DNA of 64,000 nt from Octopus vulgaris (GCA_951406725.2 OX597820.1:13950001-14014000); one strand, 5' to 3'. Positions 11,876 through 26,640 are shown, counted from the stretch's first letter. Notes: generated from the letters alone by a model not told the origin. Translations and numbers: made by a program.

Positions 11876-12783
11876 CATGGCAAAATATTGCTTTTATTGG
11901 AAACCGGTAAGTGTTGGCGACAGGGAGGGCATCCAGCCATAGTATGTTTCATCAGACCCATGCAGGCATGGTAAAGTAGACGTTAAAACCACCACCACCA
12001 CCACCACAACAACAACAACAACAATGCCAACAATGATGATATATAATTGTGTATATGTGTGTGCGTGTATATATATGTCCGAATGTGTGTGTGTTTGTGT
12101 AGCGAATACACACACGCACAGTCAATAATACATTGAGGTTGTCATAAGCATGTTTGTTTCTTGCAATCTTTACAAGAAGCATTGCTGACGTCAATGTGAA
12201 GCTCTCCTGGAAAGAAGTCAATAAACTCTCGCCACTCTCCTTCACAATCACACTTTACCAGTTTCTTTGTAATAACAAGCAAACATTATCCAGACATTTT
12301 CAGTGCATTGTGAACACATACACACACACATACACAAATACATAGTCGTGTGTGAGTGTGTTAGTGTGTGTTTGTGTGTGTGTGTGTGTGTTCACATATC
12401 TTACAAGAAGTTGTTGACATATAGACACATGACTGCTTAAATATATATAGTGACACATTTACAGCTTTTAATTGCAAGCAAGATCTGCAGAACTGAGACA
12501 CATTGCATATATGTACACACACACATATATATTGCACGCACACACACACACACACACACATGTATGTATGTATATAATCAATAAACAGTAAATGCACAAA
12601 AATATGCACATATGCGCGTGTTGAAGGTATATACTCATATATATATATACACACACACACATATATATATACACACACACTCGTATGGAAGCATGGAAAA
12701 GTAGACATTAACACAATAATAGTAATAAGGATAATAATGATGATGATGATGGTGATATATGTATGTGTGTGTATATAGATATA

Positions 12784-12816
<33 letters not shown>

Positions 12817-12819
12817 TTC

Positions 12820-13112
12820 AGTTGTCTAAGTCGAAAGACGCCTGTTGCTATTATTATTATTGTTTTTTGTATTTATATTCGTGTAACATTGTCCATTTTT
12901 CTGTCCTTGTTTCATATACATTCAATCCTTTTTCCAAGAAATCTAATGCTTGTAGCTTAGGTTTTCCTTGGGGCTGGCCAGATCGGAGCAATCTCAAGAT
13001 TAATCAGCCAAAATTGCGAGGATGGTCCGGTTCTTGACTGAAGATTAGAGGTTTCGAATGACCCGTCCGTATTTTTTGTATTGTCTATTTGAATGTTTTG
13101 CGTTCTTGTCCC
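12820..13112 (+). repeat. Dispersed repeat, unclassified family R; other copies at 22130-22290 and 38805-39420 (opposite orientation)
   Basis: Shared tttccttggggctggccagatcggagcaatctcaagatt and cgttcttgtcccattttgtatttt blocks. Confidence 0.8.
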
Positions 13113-13118
13113 ATTTTG

Positions 13119-13167
<49 letters not shown>

Positions 13168-13301
13168 AACAAATAAGTGGAAATTTTACCGGTGAGCGTG
13201 TTAAATTATAAGGCACAAAAAGAAAATGACTCTCCTCAGACACAACAGTATATGCTTCAACACACGAACTCACATAAAGAATCTTGCAAACCAAATCCCA
13301 A

Positions 13302-13349
<48 letters not shown>

Positions 13350-13384
13350 AAAGCAGACGTTAAATGTTGATGATATATATATAT

Positions 13385-13777
13385 AGGTGCAGGAGTGGTT
13401 GTGTGGTAAGTAGCTTGCTTACCAAAAACATGGTTCTGGGTTCAGTCACACTGCATGGCACCTTAGGGAAGTGTCATCTATAGCGTCGTGCTGACCAAAG
13501 CCTAGTGAGTGGATTTGATGGAAACTGAAAGAAGCCTGTTGTATATATGTGTGTATATGTGCGTGTGTGTATGTGTGTGTGTTTCTGTGTTTGTTCTCTC
13601 CCCCACCATCGCTTGACAACCGATGTTGGTGTGTTTACGTCCCCGTAACTTAGTAGTTGGGCAATAGACACCGATAGAATAAGTACAAAGAATGAATTCT
13701 GGGGTCAATTTGTTTGATTAAAGGTGGTGCTCCAACATGGTCACAGTCAAATGACTGAAACAAATAAAAGAATAAAA
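13385..13777 (+). mobile_element. SINE family A, full length
   Basis: Matches the consensus from the A-box to the tail. Confidence 0.9.
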
Positions 13778-14107
13778 GGGTATACATATATATATATGTG
13801 TATACACATATGCACTCACATAAATAGAAGTACATATGCATACATAAATTGAGACATACACACACACACACGTATTGTACATAGATGCGTGCACATACGA
13901 ACATATATAAATATTAGCATACATGCATGCGTATATAGACAAACGTGTATTTACACAAATCCCACACACCTGTACGCATGAAATGACCATGAAATGTACA
14001 CAGAAATAGACATTCACATGTCTCAAAGCATGCATATACCTGTGTGTGTGTGTATATATATACATGTATATACATAATTTTTTTATGTATGTATGTATAT
14101 ATATATA

Positions 14108-14196
<89 letters not shown>

Positions 14197-14252
14197 CATA
14201 TATGTGTGTGTATATAAATGTATATATATATATGTATATATATATATATTTG

Positions 14253-14290
<38 letters not shown>

Positions 14291-14565
14291 TGTGTGAGTA
14301 TGTGTCTGTATGTGTGTGACTGTGTGTATGTGTATGAGAGTGTGTGTGTGAATGTGTGTGTGCATGTGTATATATGTGTGTGTGAGTGTGTGTGAATAGA
14401 TGTGTGTATGTGTGTGAGCGTGTATGTGTAAGTGTATGCCTGCCCCCACCCCATATCCTCTCTCTCCTCTCTCTCTCTCTCTATCTCTGTCTCTCATACA
14501 TACACACCATACTTATTCACATCTATATAGCTGTGTACTTGAAAATGCACTCACACTCACACACA

Positions 14566-14655
<90 letters not shown>

Positions 14656-14922
14656 CATACACACACACACACTCATACACACACATGCATACACTATCCT
14701 TCTCTCGCCTGTATGGCTGCATGGTTAAAACTGCAATCGCACTTGCATATACACTCACTCGCATCTACACCCTGTTATTTTGTTGTTTTTTTTTTTTCCT
14801 CATAGACACGTTCAGAGAAAAAATACAAAGACCCATTATACACAAAACGCCTGTTGTCCTCTTAGCTACAAAATCTTTTATATCTATGTAGGACATTCAC
14901 AAACGAACATCCATACATGCAA

Positions 14923-14961
<39 letters not shown>

Positions 14962-15123
14962 CATGTGTGTATATACACATGTGTATGTATATACATATGT
15001 GTATATGCATATATATATATTACCTCATTTCTTCTAATATATATATATAATACAATAAATATATATATATTGATATATATATAATACATATATATATTTA
15101 TTTGTAAGTATGTGTATATACGC

Positions 15124-15184
<61 letters not shown>

Positions 15185-15236
15185 CATATATGTATAAAAA
15201 AAACAAAAAAAGGATGCATATAAATATATATGTGTT

Positions 15237-15278
<42 letters not shown>

Positions 15279-15389
15279 CATGTATGTCTATATGTATGTA
15301 TGTATGTATAATGTACTTTTGTGTGTGAGAGTGCAAGCATTTACTTCAAAGTAAAAGGTGTGTTAATCTTATGCATACATAAACATGTG

Positions 15390-15428
<39 letters not shown>

Positions 15429-15745
15429 ATAAGCTATTAGTGCAGACTTAAAAAGGTGTGTTTAGCATATTAAACACAATACCCAAACTCACGCACATAC
15501 CATCATAAACATACCAGATGTAATCACATGTAGTATGTACACAAGCATGCACGCATACACACATACACAAGCATGCACGCATACACACAGTTCAGATACG
15601 CATATATATATACACATATATATAAACATATCTGTGTGTGGATGTGTGTGTATGCTTGTATTTGTGTCTCTAATAACAAACAAATGGTAGAGAACCTGAG
15701 GCATTGTAACAGACAGATTTCCATACACAAATATATATATATGTA

Positions 15746-15794
<49 letters not shown>

Positions 15795-15816
15795 GCACAC
15801 ACACATGCATACATGT

Positions 15817-15854
<38 letters not shown>

Positions 15855-15868
15855 ATTTATATATATAT

Positions 15869-16352
<484 letters not shown>

Positions 16353-16614
16353 ACAGAATATATATACATATATATATATACATATATATAAACGAGCATT
16401 CTTAGTACTTGTTATTACAGCTACAATCATTGTAACAAAAGCATATATCGATAGGCATACACCACACAAATTCAAACACATATAAACACACAGGCAACTA
16501 TACACATGCACACACGCATGCACACACTCATACCTCTGCATGCACATACATATAACTCATACATGTTGTATACATAACACATACAACTGAAACAGAGATT
16601 CACATACACACACT

Positions 16615-16885
16615 AACACATAGACACACATGAACGTGTACTCAGATTCGTGTGTATATACTCAAAAATCAATCAGAGAAATACACAACGTACTTATATA
16701 CACACACATAGACACACATGAATGTGTACTCAAATTCGTGGGTATATACTCAAAAAGCAATCAGAGAAATACACAACATACTTATATACACACACATAGA
16801 CACACATGAACATGTACTCAAATTCGTGGATATATACTCAAAAATCAATCAGAGAAATACACAACGTACTTATATACACATACAT
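16615..16885. repeat. Tandem repeat, ~88-bp unit, 3 copies
   Basis: catagacacacatgaaYgtgtactca...aatcagagaaatacacaacRtacttatatacaca repeated. Confidence 0.9.
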
Positions 16886-16917
16886 AGGCTCGTACAAACA
16901 CACATGGATACAAAAAT

Positions 16918-17368
16918 ATCTTTGCTGGTATGTTAAACTGTCATATGTCCAAATTTTGCCAAATGTGTTTTTATCAATATTTAATTTTCCTTGCAATAGC
17001 CAGATCTTTTGGACAAACAATCATATCTCCAGCTGCTTCAGATGCCAAAATATCAAAAAATTGTCAAAGCGTAGTACAACGGTTTAGCATTTTTCAAAAG
17101 TGTAATAAATCCCACACTTGACAGTCTTGCAAAAATATTTCTGATTGAAAATATCGTCCATGCACAGAGTTACGATTCTATGTGCGCAACAAAGTATTAT
17201 TGTTAAGTGGAAACTGTTGCTAATGTAAAAAGAAATGGAACGTTGAAACTATTTTTTCGTTTTCTGGAAAAGCAACGTTTTGGACTTACGACACTTTTGC
17301 ATAATAGCAACGATATATTTATATATATATATATATATCGCTGCTATTATGCAAAGTATATATATGTA

Positions 17369-17401
<33 letters not shown>

Positions 17402-17530
17402 ATATATATATATCATCATCATCATCATCATCATCATATATATATATATATATATATATACTTTGCATAATAGCAGTGATATATGTATATATATATATAT
17501 ACATATATATTGCTGCTATTATGCAAAGTA
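16918..17530. mobile_element. Non-autonomous DNA transposon with reiterated terminal sequence; shorter copy at 18650-18897
   Basis: Body atctccagctgcttcagatgccaa...aagcaacgttttggacttac is shared with 18650-18897; tttgcataatagca and tgctattatgcaaa alternate four times at 17295-17528. Confidence 0.65.
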
Positions 17531-17549
17531 TATATACAAAACATCTTGA

Positions 17550-18070
17550 GGATTGAATCACCCCAGAAAGCACTCACTAAATGAATTGAAGGCATGACTG
17601 ATCTCAATTATTGGGACTGCCTTAAAGCCTTGAAACTCTACTCTCTCCAGCGCTACATCATTTGTATGATGTGGAGAATATACCGCCAACTTTGCCCAAA
17701 CGACCTGAACATTAGTTTCAAGGTTAATCCAAGGCTGGGACCACAGGCCATATGCCCCTGCCCAATTCAGGATCACAGCATATAGGTACACTGCGACATA
17801 ATTTCTTTTCATCAACAGGTCCTGCCCTGTTTAACATTGTCCCGAAAGAGATCAAAGAGGAAAAAGATCCCATCACCTTTAAACGGAGTCTGGACAGATT
17901 TCTTCAAGGAATACCAGATAAGCCACCCGTACCTGGATACAACTCACTCAACAAGAACTCACTACTTGAATGGATCATAAACAAAACTTGACTTAAAAAG
18001 GATTTAGATAATCCTATCAGGTGGTGCTATTAAGTTAGACATAGCCTGGACCAAACAATTGGTTGAAACA
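17550..18070 (+). mobile_element. 3' fragment of a CR1/L2-group LINE ORF2 plus 3' UTR
   Basis: DLNYWDCLKALKLYSLQR...LRHNFFSSTGPALFNIVPKEIK...FKRSLDRFLQGIPDKP, a typical CR1-group C-terminus, frameshifted. Confidence 0.85.
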
Positions 18071-18112
18071 TATCTAAATTTATCTAAGTTTATATATATA
18101 TATATATATATT

Positions 18113-18440
<328 letters not shown>

Positions 18441-19119
18441 TGTATGTATGTATATGTATATATATGCTTTTGGTTAACAAAGGAATGTGGGTTTAAATCC
18501 CATTTGGATGGGAAAGCCTTCTTTTTTCTATCGAGGGCTTATATGCCCCATTATTAGACTATTTTCCTTAGTCATTGCATGGTGATCACCATAAGCTTTA
18601 AGCTTATATAAACACCATTATTATTATTTACAGGATATATATATATATATCTTTGCTATTATGTTAAACTGTTGTATGTCCAAATTTGGCCAAATGCATT
18701 TTTTTCAGTATTTATTTTTGTTTGCAATAACTGGTTCTTTTGGTCAAACTATCGTATCTCCAGCTGCTTCAGATGCCAAGATATCAAAAATTGTCAAAGA
18801 GTAGTACAACGATTTTGCTATGGAATGGTGAAACTATTTTTTCATCTTCTGAAAAAGCAACGTTTTGGACTTACAACACTTTTGCATAATACCAAGAATA
18901 TGCATTGATATGTATGTGGCTGTGTGGTAAGAAGATTGCTTCCCAACCACGTGGTTCCAGGTTTGGTCCCACTGTGTGGCACCTTGGGCAAGTGTGCAAG
19001 TGTCTTCAACTGTCGACAACCAAAGTCTTGTGAGTGGATTTGGTAGACAGAAACTGAAAGAAGCACATTGTAAATATATATGTATATGTGATATATATAT
19101 ATATATATATATTATTTAA

Positions 19120-19317
19120 ATTGATGCATTTAAATTGATGTAATAGCTGCATCGTTCAATTAAATGAAGTTGCATGAAACAATTGTACTGCATTACCTCT
19201 GGATATCCTGTTCTTATTTTGATTATAATCACCTTATTTTGAAATTGTATGGATAATACCATACTAAATTCTGGTGCCTCAACTTAAGTACCTAATTCAT
19301 CTGAATCTAAATGTTTG

Positions 19318-19320
<3 letters not shown>
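19120..19320 (+). repeat. Fragment of a hammerhead-bearing repeat (same family as 41110-41565); only the 3' half of the ribozyme remains
   Basis: gttgcatgaaacaattgtactgcattacctctggatatcc...ggtgcctcaact is shared with the 41110-41320 copy in reverse. Confidence 0.8.
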
Positions 19321-19356
<36 letters not shown>

Positions 19357-19417
19357 TAAAAACGGTAAGATAACAAAAGAAAGAAAGAGACCTCAATATT
19401 ATGTAAATAATGGAATT

Positions 19418-19563
19418 TATCTGTAAAATAATAGGTGACAATTATTCAATAGCCAAGATAAAACTCTGAGTTTCGGATGCCGAGGTGGAAATCCACAACA
19501 CCCTCCGAAACTCAGAGTTTTATCTTGGCTTTTGAATAATTGTCACATATTATTTTACAGATA
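19418..19563. repeat. Inverted repeat, 60-bp arms with 2 mismatches, 26-bp spacer
   Basis: 19418-19477 is the reverse complement of 19504-19563; each arm carries ccGAAACtcagaGTT. Confidence 0.92.
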
Positions 19564-19569
19564 TATATA

Positions 19570-19984
19570 TCTTTTACTCTTTTACTTGTTTCAGTCATTT
19601 GACTGTGGCCATGCTGGAGCACCACCTTTTTTAGTCGAGCAAATCGACCCCAGGACTTATTCTTATGTAAGCCCAGTACTTATTCTATCGGTCTCTTTTT
19701 GCCGAACCACTAAGTAACGGGGATGTAAACACACCAGCATCGGTTGTCAAGCGATGTTGGGGGGACAAACACAGACACACAAAGATATACACATACACAT
19801 ACATATATATATATATATATACATATATACGACGGGCTTCTTTCAGTTTCCGTCTACCAAATCCACTCACAAGGCTTTGGTCGGCCTGAGGCTATAGTAG
19901 AAGACACTTGCCCAAGATGCCACGCAGTGGGATTGAACCCGGAACCATGTGGTTGGTTAGCAAGCTACTTACCACACAGCCACT
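19570..19984 (-). mobile_element. SINE family A, full length
   Basis: Matches the consensus. Confidence 0.92.
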
Positions 19985-20904
19985 ATATATATATATATTC
20001 TAAATTAAATCCAATCCAAGGAAAATAGGGATGAAAACAAGCAATCTTTCACTGGCTCCACTGTTAAATACCCAATTTTGTAGAGAAAAACCTTACAAAT
20101 CAGATGGGTATATATTAAATTTATAAACTGAATAGAAAATGGAGATATATAATAGTCAATTCAAAAATTAAAATTTATTAACATAATATTATATTATATT
20201 CTTATAATAATATAATATAGACTCGTTGTAGATTAAATAGAGACGGCGAAAAAAGAGAGAGCTCGAGAAAGAAAAGGTGATATATGAAAGAGAGGACGGG
20301 AAAATGAAATATTTTGCAATGTAAACATGATTGTTATGATTGTGTGTTGGTGGTGGTGGCGATGATAATTATCATTAGGAAAAAGAGTGAGGAAGACATA
20401 TACATAAGTTGTGGCGATGATAATTCTAGACCCCTTTTCACATTTTGATGAAGAGAACCCGATTTCATTTGGGTCTACTGGGGCCACATATAGGTGTGTG
20501 TGTGTGTGTGTGTGTGCACGCTGTAGAAATTAAATTGGAGATAAAACCACTAATAGGGAAATGAAACAGTAAAAAACCAAAAACAAAAACATAAAAATAT
20601 AAATATATTAGATATATGTATATATGTGTGTGTGTGTGTGTTGACAGGTAGACAATAGAATGCGATGGCGATGGCTATGTAATATTTGTTTCTGTCTATG
20701 AACGCAGATAGATACATGAGTAAAATGTATTGGAAGCTAAGAGATAGAGTGAGTGAAAATGTTCTTGGAAGAGAGGAAATAGCGAGAGAGTGATTTGAGG
20801 AAGACTTTACATTAAATAACAGGAGTGGACTTGTCAAATGAAGAGGAGTGAGAGGGTATTGGAGGAAATAGCGTGAGTGAGGAAGATGGCCCCTAGCAAC
20901 CACA

Positions 20905-21055
20905 CCTTTTAAGATAGGGATTTCTAAGGTAGCCCACGAGCATCATCACCTCATTCTACATGTCCCTGTAAATTTTGGAGCGAATCGGACGGGTTGTAGT
21001 GGCATTGAAAGCGATCCAAGCGGTAAAAATGCATTTCAGTTTTATATATAGAGAT
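20905..21055. mobile_element. Possible Helitron/Helentron-type terminal fragment
   Basis: aaattttggagcgaatcgg...cagttttatatatagagat resembles non-autonomous Helitron/HINE ends. Confidence 0.45.
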
Positions 21056-21128
21056 AAATGATATATATTAAATACAAATTACATACGATTGTTTCGATTC
21101 TTACCCATAGTAAGATTATAAAAATCCA

Positions 21129-21167
<39 letters not shown>

Positions 21168-21170
<3 letters not shown>

Positions 21171-21515
21171 TCATCATCGTTTAATGTCCGTTTTCCGTGC
21201 CAGCACGGGTTGGACGGTTTGACCGGGGTCTGGGAAGCCAGGGGCTGCACCAGGCTCCAGTCTGATCTGGCAGTGTTTCTACAGCTGGATGCCCTTCCTA
21301 ATGCCAACCACTCCGCGAGTGTAGTGGGTGCTTTTTACGTGCCACTGGCACAGGTGCCAGGGGAGTCTGGCATCGGCCACGTTTGGATGGTGGTTTTTAC
21401 GTGCCACCGGCACGGAAGCCAGTCAAGGCGGCACTGGCTTCGGCCATGTTCGGATGGTGCTTTTTATGTGCCACCAGCACAGAAGCCAGTTGAGGCGGCG
21501 CTGGCATTGGCCACG
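21168..21515 (-). mobile_element. RTE LINE 3' UTR fragment (family C)
   Basis: Reverse of the tail that follows the RTE ORF at 40250-41060; (CAT)n end; internal ~60-bp repeats ggtgcttttacgtgccaccggcac. Confidence 0.88.
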
Positions 21516-21867
21516 TATATATATATATATGAAGGCAGGAAAGATATACTGTAATATACACATGGAATATCCTAGATGGACTTATCCCAAACTTAGGCAT
21601 TGAAAATGATGCAAACATTGGAAAAGGGAATCTTTGCATAGCGCCAAAGATCCAAGCCTTGACCAGATTCTGCATTAGCTTGGGATTCAAGGACACTACC
21701 GAATCCAGGCAACTAACTTTGTGAGCTTTCATTCTTTCTTTTTCTAGATGTGTGTGTGTGTGTGTATGTATGTATCATCATCATCATTCATCATCATATA
21801 TATATGTACAGGTATATATATATGTTAATCGAAGTGTACAGTATTAGCTGTACTCTTCATTCCATAA

Positions 21868-21961
21868 CAGCTACCTCTGAAGAGTGCAATGCTACATAAT
21901 TGGACTGCTACCTAACATTCTGCTGAAGCCCTAGTGTGAAACCAAGCGGTAAAATGAGCTG
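21868..21961 (+). ncRNA. Degenerate type I hammerhead ribozyme motif
   Basis: CTGAAGA at 21877 ... GAAAC-CAAGCG-GTA at 21938-21951; stems I and II are decayed. Confidence 0.45.
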
Positions 21962-22099
21962 CAATGGATACTTTGATTCATGCATACACACACACATCCT
22001 CCTCCTCCTCAACATCATCATAATTGTTTAACGTCCATTTTCCATGCTGGCATGAGTTGGATGGCATATATATATATAAGTATGTATGTGTGTATGTAT

Positions 22100-22130
<31 letters not shown>

Positions 22131-22377
22131 AAATACAAAATGGGACAAAAATGAAAAACATCCAGACAACTAGGTGATACAAAAAGGGACAACAAAACAT
22201 CCAGATAGACGATGCAAAAAAAAACAAGGACGGTTCACTTGAAGTTTTCCATCCCCAGTCAAGAACCAGATCATCCTCTCAATTTTGATACACATATATA
22301 TGTGTGTGTATGTAGATAAATATAAAATACAGATACACACACATATGTTGGTGTATGCATGTGTATATGTATCCATA

Positions 22378-23060
22378 TATTTAATCGACCCCAAAAGGAT
22401 GAAAGGCAAAGTCGACCTCAGCGAAATTTGAACTCAGAATGTAGCGGAAGACAAAATACCTATTTCTTTACTACCCACAAGGGGCTAAACACAGAGAGGA
22501 CAAACAAGGACAGCCAAACGGATAAGTCGATTACATCGACCCCAGTGCATAACTGGTGCTTATTTAATCGACCCTGAAAGGATGAAAGGCAAAGTCGACC
22601 TCAGCGGAATTTGAACTCAGAACGTAACAGCAGATGAAATACCTATTTCTTTACTACCCACAAGGGGCTAAACACAGAAGGGACAAACAAGGACAGACAA
22701 ACGGATTAAGTCGATTACATCGACTCCAGTGCATAGCTGGTACTTATTTAATCAACCCTGAAAGGATGAAAGGCAAAGTTGACCTCAGCGGAATTTGAAC
22801 TCAGTACGTAACAGCAGATGAAATACCTATTTCTTTACTACCCACAAGGGGCTAAACACAGAGAGGACAAACAAGGACAGCCAAATGGATAAGTCGATTA
22901 TATCGACCTCAGTGCATAACTGGTGCTTATTTAATCGACCCCGAAAGGATGAAAGGCAAAGTCGACCTCGGCGGAATTTGAACTCAGAACGTAACGGCAG
23001 ACGAAATACCGCTAAGCATTCCGCCCGGCGTTCTAACGATTCTGCCAGCTCACTGCCTTC
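22378..23060 (-). mobile_element. Head-to-tail multimer of SINE family B (~184-bp period, ~3.7 units)
   Basis: Junction aaatacctatttctttactaccc at ~22454, 22637 and 22821; only the last unit has the A-box head. Confidence 0.92.
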
Positions 23061-23129
23061 ATATATATCTACCTATCTTGCTATCTCCATACACATCGCA
23101 GAAACACATACACACACATGTGTGCACAT

Positions 23130-23163
<34 letters not shown>

Positions 23164-23240
23164 TCAATACTTAATTATGCATCAAACCTACATAAACCTA
23201 TATGTCGTGTGTGCACCTTTACAGTCACACAGATATCTAA

Positions 23241-23289
<49 letters not shown>

Positions 23290-23602
23290 CCAACAGCATA
23301 CTCAAACATACACATTTTTCACTCCATGTTCTCAAAGCAAGCCATGTAATATTAATATCAATAAAGTTGTATGATGGTAGGTTTTTAATTGGTCGAGATT
23401 GTCACCTGACTTTTTCCTTGATATAGGCCGCCATTGCTGTCTCTATCTGTTTGACAGCTTCATCAAATACAAAGACACAACTATTGATGTATTTCTATGC
23501 ACACTGCTTGTGTTATTGTCATGTCTTTATATATTCTCTTCCAGTTCATTTCAAGATCCGTATACAATGATGGATAGGTTAGGGAAAAGATCAATAAATA
23601 TC

Positions 23603-23670
<68 letters not shown>

Positions 23671-23752
23671 GTATGTATTTATATGTGTGTGCGGGTTTTA
23701 TGCATATATATCTGCATATCTATCTACTTATCTATATATGTATATATATATG

Positions 23753-23808
<56 letters not shown>

Positions 23809-23904
23809 TATACATATATATACATTTGTACCTATACGTGTTTATGTGTTTATGTATGTGTATCTATCTGTCTATCTATCTATCTATCTATTTATCTATC
23901 TTCC

Positions 23905-23935
<31 letters not shown>

Positions 23936-23969
23936 CATTCTCTCTGTTTGTCACTGCCACTCTTTCTCT

Positions 23970-24325
23970 CATGTTGGCCGATATGCCGTGCTTTTGAAGA
24001 CCTGTTTAACTGAGTGAAATTGCAGTTGTGGATGATGCCAGTGCTGCCTTATTGGCACCTGTGCCGGTGGCATGTAAAAAAAACACTAATCGAGCATGGC
24101 TGATGCCAGACCCGCCTGACTGGCATCCATGCCGGTAGCACATAAAAAGTACCCACTATACTCTCAGAGTGGTTGGCATTAGAAAGGGAATCCAGCTGTA
24201 GGAATCTTGTCAAATCAGATTGGGGCCTGGTGCAGCCTCCTGGCCTGCCAGTTCTCAGTCAAACTGTCCAACCCATGCCAGCATGGAAAGCGGATGTTAA
24301 ATGATGATGACGATGATGATGATGG
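23970..24325 (+). mobile_element. RTE LINE 3' UTR fragment (family C)
   Basis: ggttggcattagaaaggg...ccaacccatgccagcatggaaagcggatgttaaa(tga)n. Confidence 0.85.
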
Positions 24326-24428
24326 TGTATATATGTGTATACACATACATGCACACCACAACCCACCTCACCTTACATACACATTTGTATCTATTCACAT
24401 CTCTATGTATGTATATCTGCATATCTAA

Positions 24429-24476
<48 letters not shown>

Positions 24477-24700
24477 CTCCAAGAAAGTTAGAGGTTGTGA
24501 ATCCAACCAACTAAAGGATAATATCTATCCAATATACTGTTGGTAGAATACCCAATTATTAATACACAAGTGATTTTTATTGCATTGCAATTACATTACC
24601 GAGTGTACTAAATGGGTGTAGTAAATAAATAAATAAGTTAGCATAATATAATGTCTAAAAGTTGATGAACCACCTATTGATCCCCTCCATTTTCTTATTG

Positions 24701-24752
<52 letters not shown>

Positions 24753-25239
24753 CATCATCATCATCATTTAACGTCTGTTGTCCATGCTGGTATGGGTTGG
24801 ATGATTTGACTGGGCTGGCACACTGGAAGGCTGCACCAGACTCCAATCTGATTTGGCATGGTTTTCTAGGGCTGGATGCCCTTCTTTATTGTAGCAGTTC
24901 TTCAGTTTTTCTCAGCCTTGTAAAAGAACTCAGAATGTTGGGCCTACAAACAGGCCTTTCATAATACCCTTAAAGCCAGGAACTTTTCACCACCACCCCC
25001 ATGTATAACTGTGTGTGTGTGTGTGTGTGTGTGTTTGTTCTGCCCCCCCCCCCAACTGTTCAACAACCAGAGTTGACTTTGCTTTCATCCTTTCGGGGTC
25101 AATAAGTACCAGTTTAGCACTGGGGGTTGGTGTAATTGATTAGTCCTCTACCCCAAAATTTCAAGACTTGTACCAAAAGTAAAAAGTGTTATTTATTATT
25201 ACAGTTCTTTTTGCTTTTTATATAACTTTGTCCCCTTGT

Positions 25240-25575
25240 GAAGGTGCATGATTCAGTAGTCGGAACGTCGGGTTCACAATCATGAGGCAGTGAGTTCAAT
25301 TCCCGGACCAGGCTGTGTTGTGTTCTTGAGCAAGACACTTTATTTCATGTATCTCCAGTTCACTCAGCTGTAGAAATGAGTTGCGACGTCACAGGTGCCA
25401 AGCTGTATTCGGCCCCTTTGCCTTTTCCTTGGATAACATCAGTGGCGTAGAGAGTCGAAGCTGATATGCATGGACAACTACTGGTCTTCCATAAACAACC
25501 TTGTCTGAACTTGTGCCTCAGAGGGTAACTTTCTATTTGCAATCCCATGGTCATTCATAACTGAAGAGGGTCTCT
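25240..25575 (+). mobile_element. tRNA-derived SINE family D; second copy at 46836-47083
   Basis: B-box gagttcaattccc; gtgttcttgagcaagacactttatttca...cactcagctgtagaaatg is shared by both copies. Confidence 0.85.
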
Positions 25576-25678
25576 AGTATATTCACAAATGAGGCTTCAG
25601 GCCACTGTGGTATAGGGGACTAAAACAAAAGAAAAGAAGAGGGCCCACAATTTTAAAAGGATTTGATTGACAGAAAGC

Positions 25679-26640
25679 TTAACCCTTTCGTTACTGTATT
25701 TATTTTGAGATGTTCTGTGTTTCTTTCAATTATTTTAAATATAACAAAAAATTTAGTAAAATAACTTACAGTTATCATTAAACTTGTGTTAGGAACATAA
25801 ATTGTGACTGAAGTTTGGTGGAAGATTTTAATTCAAAACTTATGAAAACAAGACATTTTACCACAGAGCCAGTGCTGGTTTTAGCCGGGTCAGTATCAAA
25901 AGGGTTCTGAATTATTTCTCTGTTATATATTTTAACCCTTTTGTTACCATATTTCTGTTGAGATATTCTGTGTTTCTTTCAATTAACTTTAAATATAACA
26001 AAGAATTTAGTAAAATAACTTACAGTTATCATTAAGCTAGTGTTAGGAACATTAATTGTGACTAAGGTTTAGTGGAAGATTTTAATTCAAAACTTTTGGG
26101 AACAAGACATTTGTACTACAGAGCCAGAGGCAGTTTCAGCTGGGTTGGTATCAAAAGGGTTAAGAATTTTTTCCTCTATTATATATTTTAACCCTTTTGT
26201 TACCATATTTATTTTGAGGTGCTCTGTGTTTCTTTCAATTAATTTTAGATATAACAAAGAATTTAGTAAAATAACTTAATTATTAACCCTTTCATTACCA
26301 ACCCAGCCAAAACCAGCTCTGGCTTGGTAGTATAAATATCTTGTTTTCATAAGTTTTGAATTAAAATCTTCCACCAAACCTTAGTCACGATTTATGTTCC
26401 TAACACTAGCTTAATGATAACTAAGTTATTTTACTAAATTCTTTGTTATATTTAAAATTAATTGAAAGAAACACGGAGCATCTCAACAGAAATATGGTAA
26501 GGAAAGGGTTAAGCTAGTGTTAGGAACATAAATTGTGACTAAGGTTTGGTGGAAGATTTTAATTCAAAACTTATGAAAACAAGACATTTGTACTCAGAGC
26601 CAGAAGCAGTTTCAGCCAGGTTAGTAACAAAAAGGGTTAA
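25679..26640. mobile_element. Array of piggyBac-like TTAA MITEs (family M1): three tandem copies plus one inverted nested copy
   Basis: Ends ttaaCCCTTT...AAAGGGttaa; the nested copy 26287-26508 is flanked by TTAA at 26283-26286 and 26509-26512. Confidence 0.92.
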
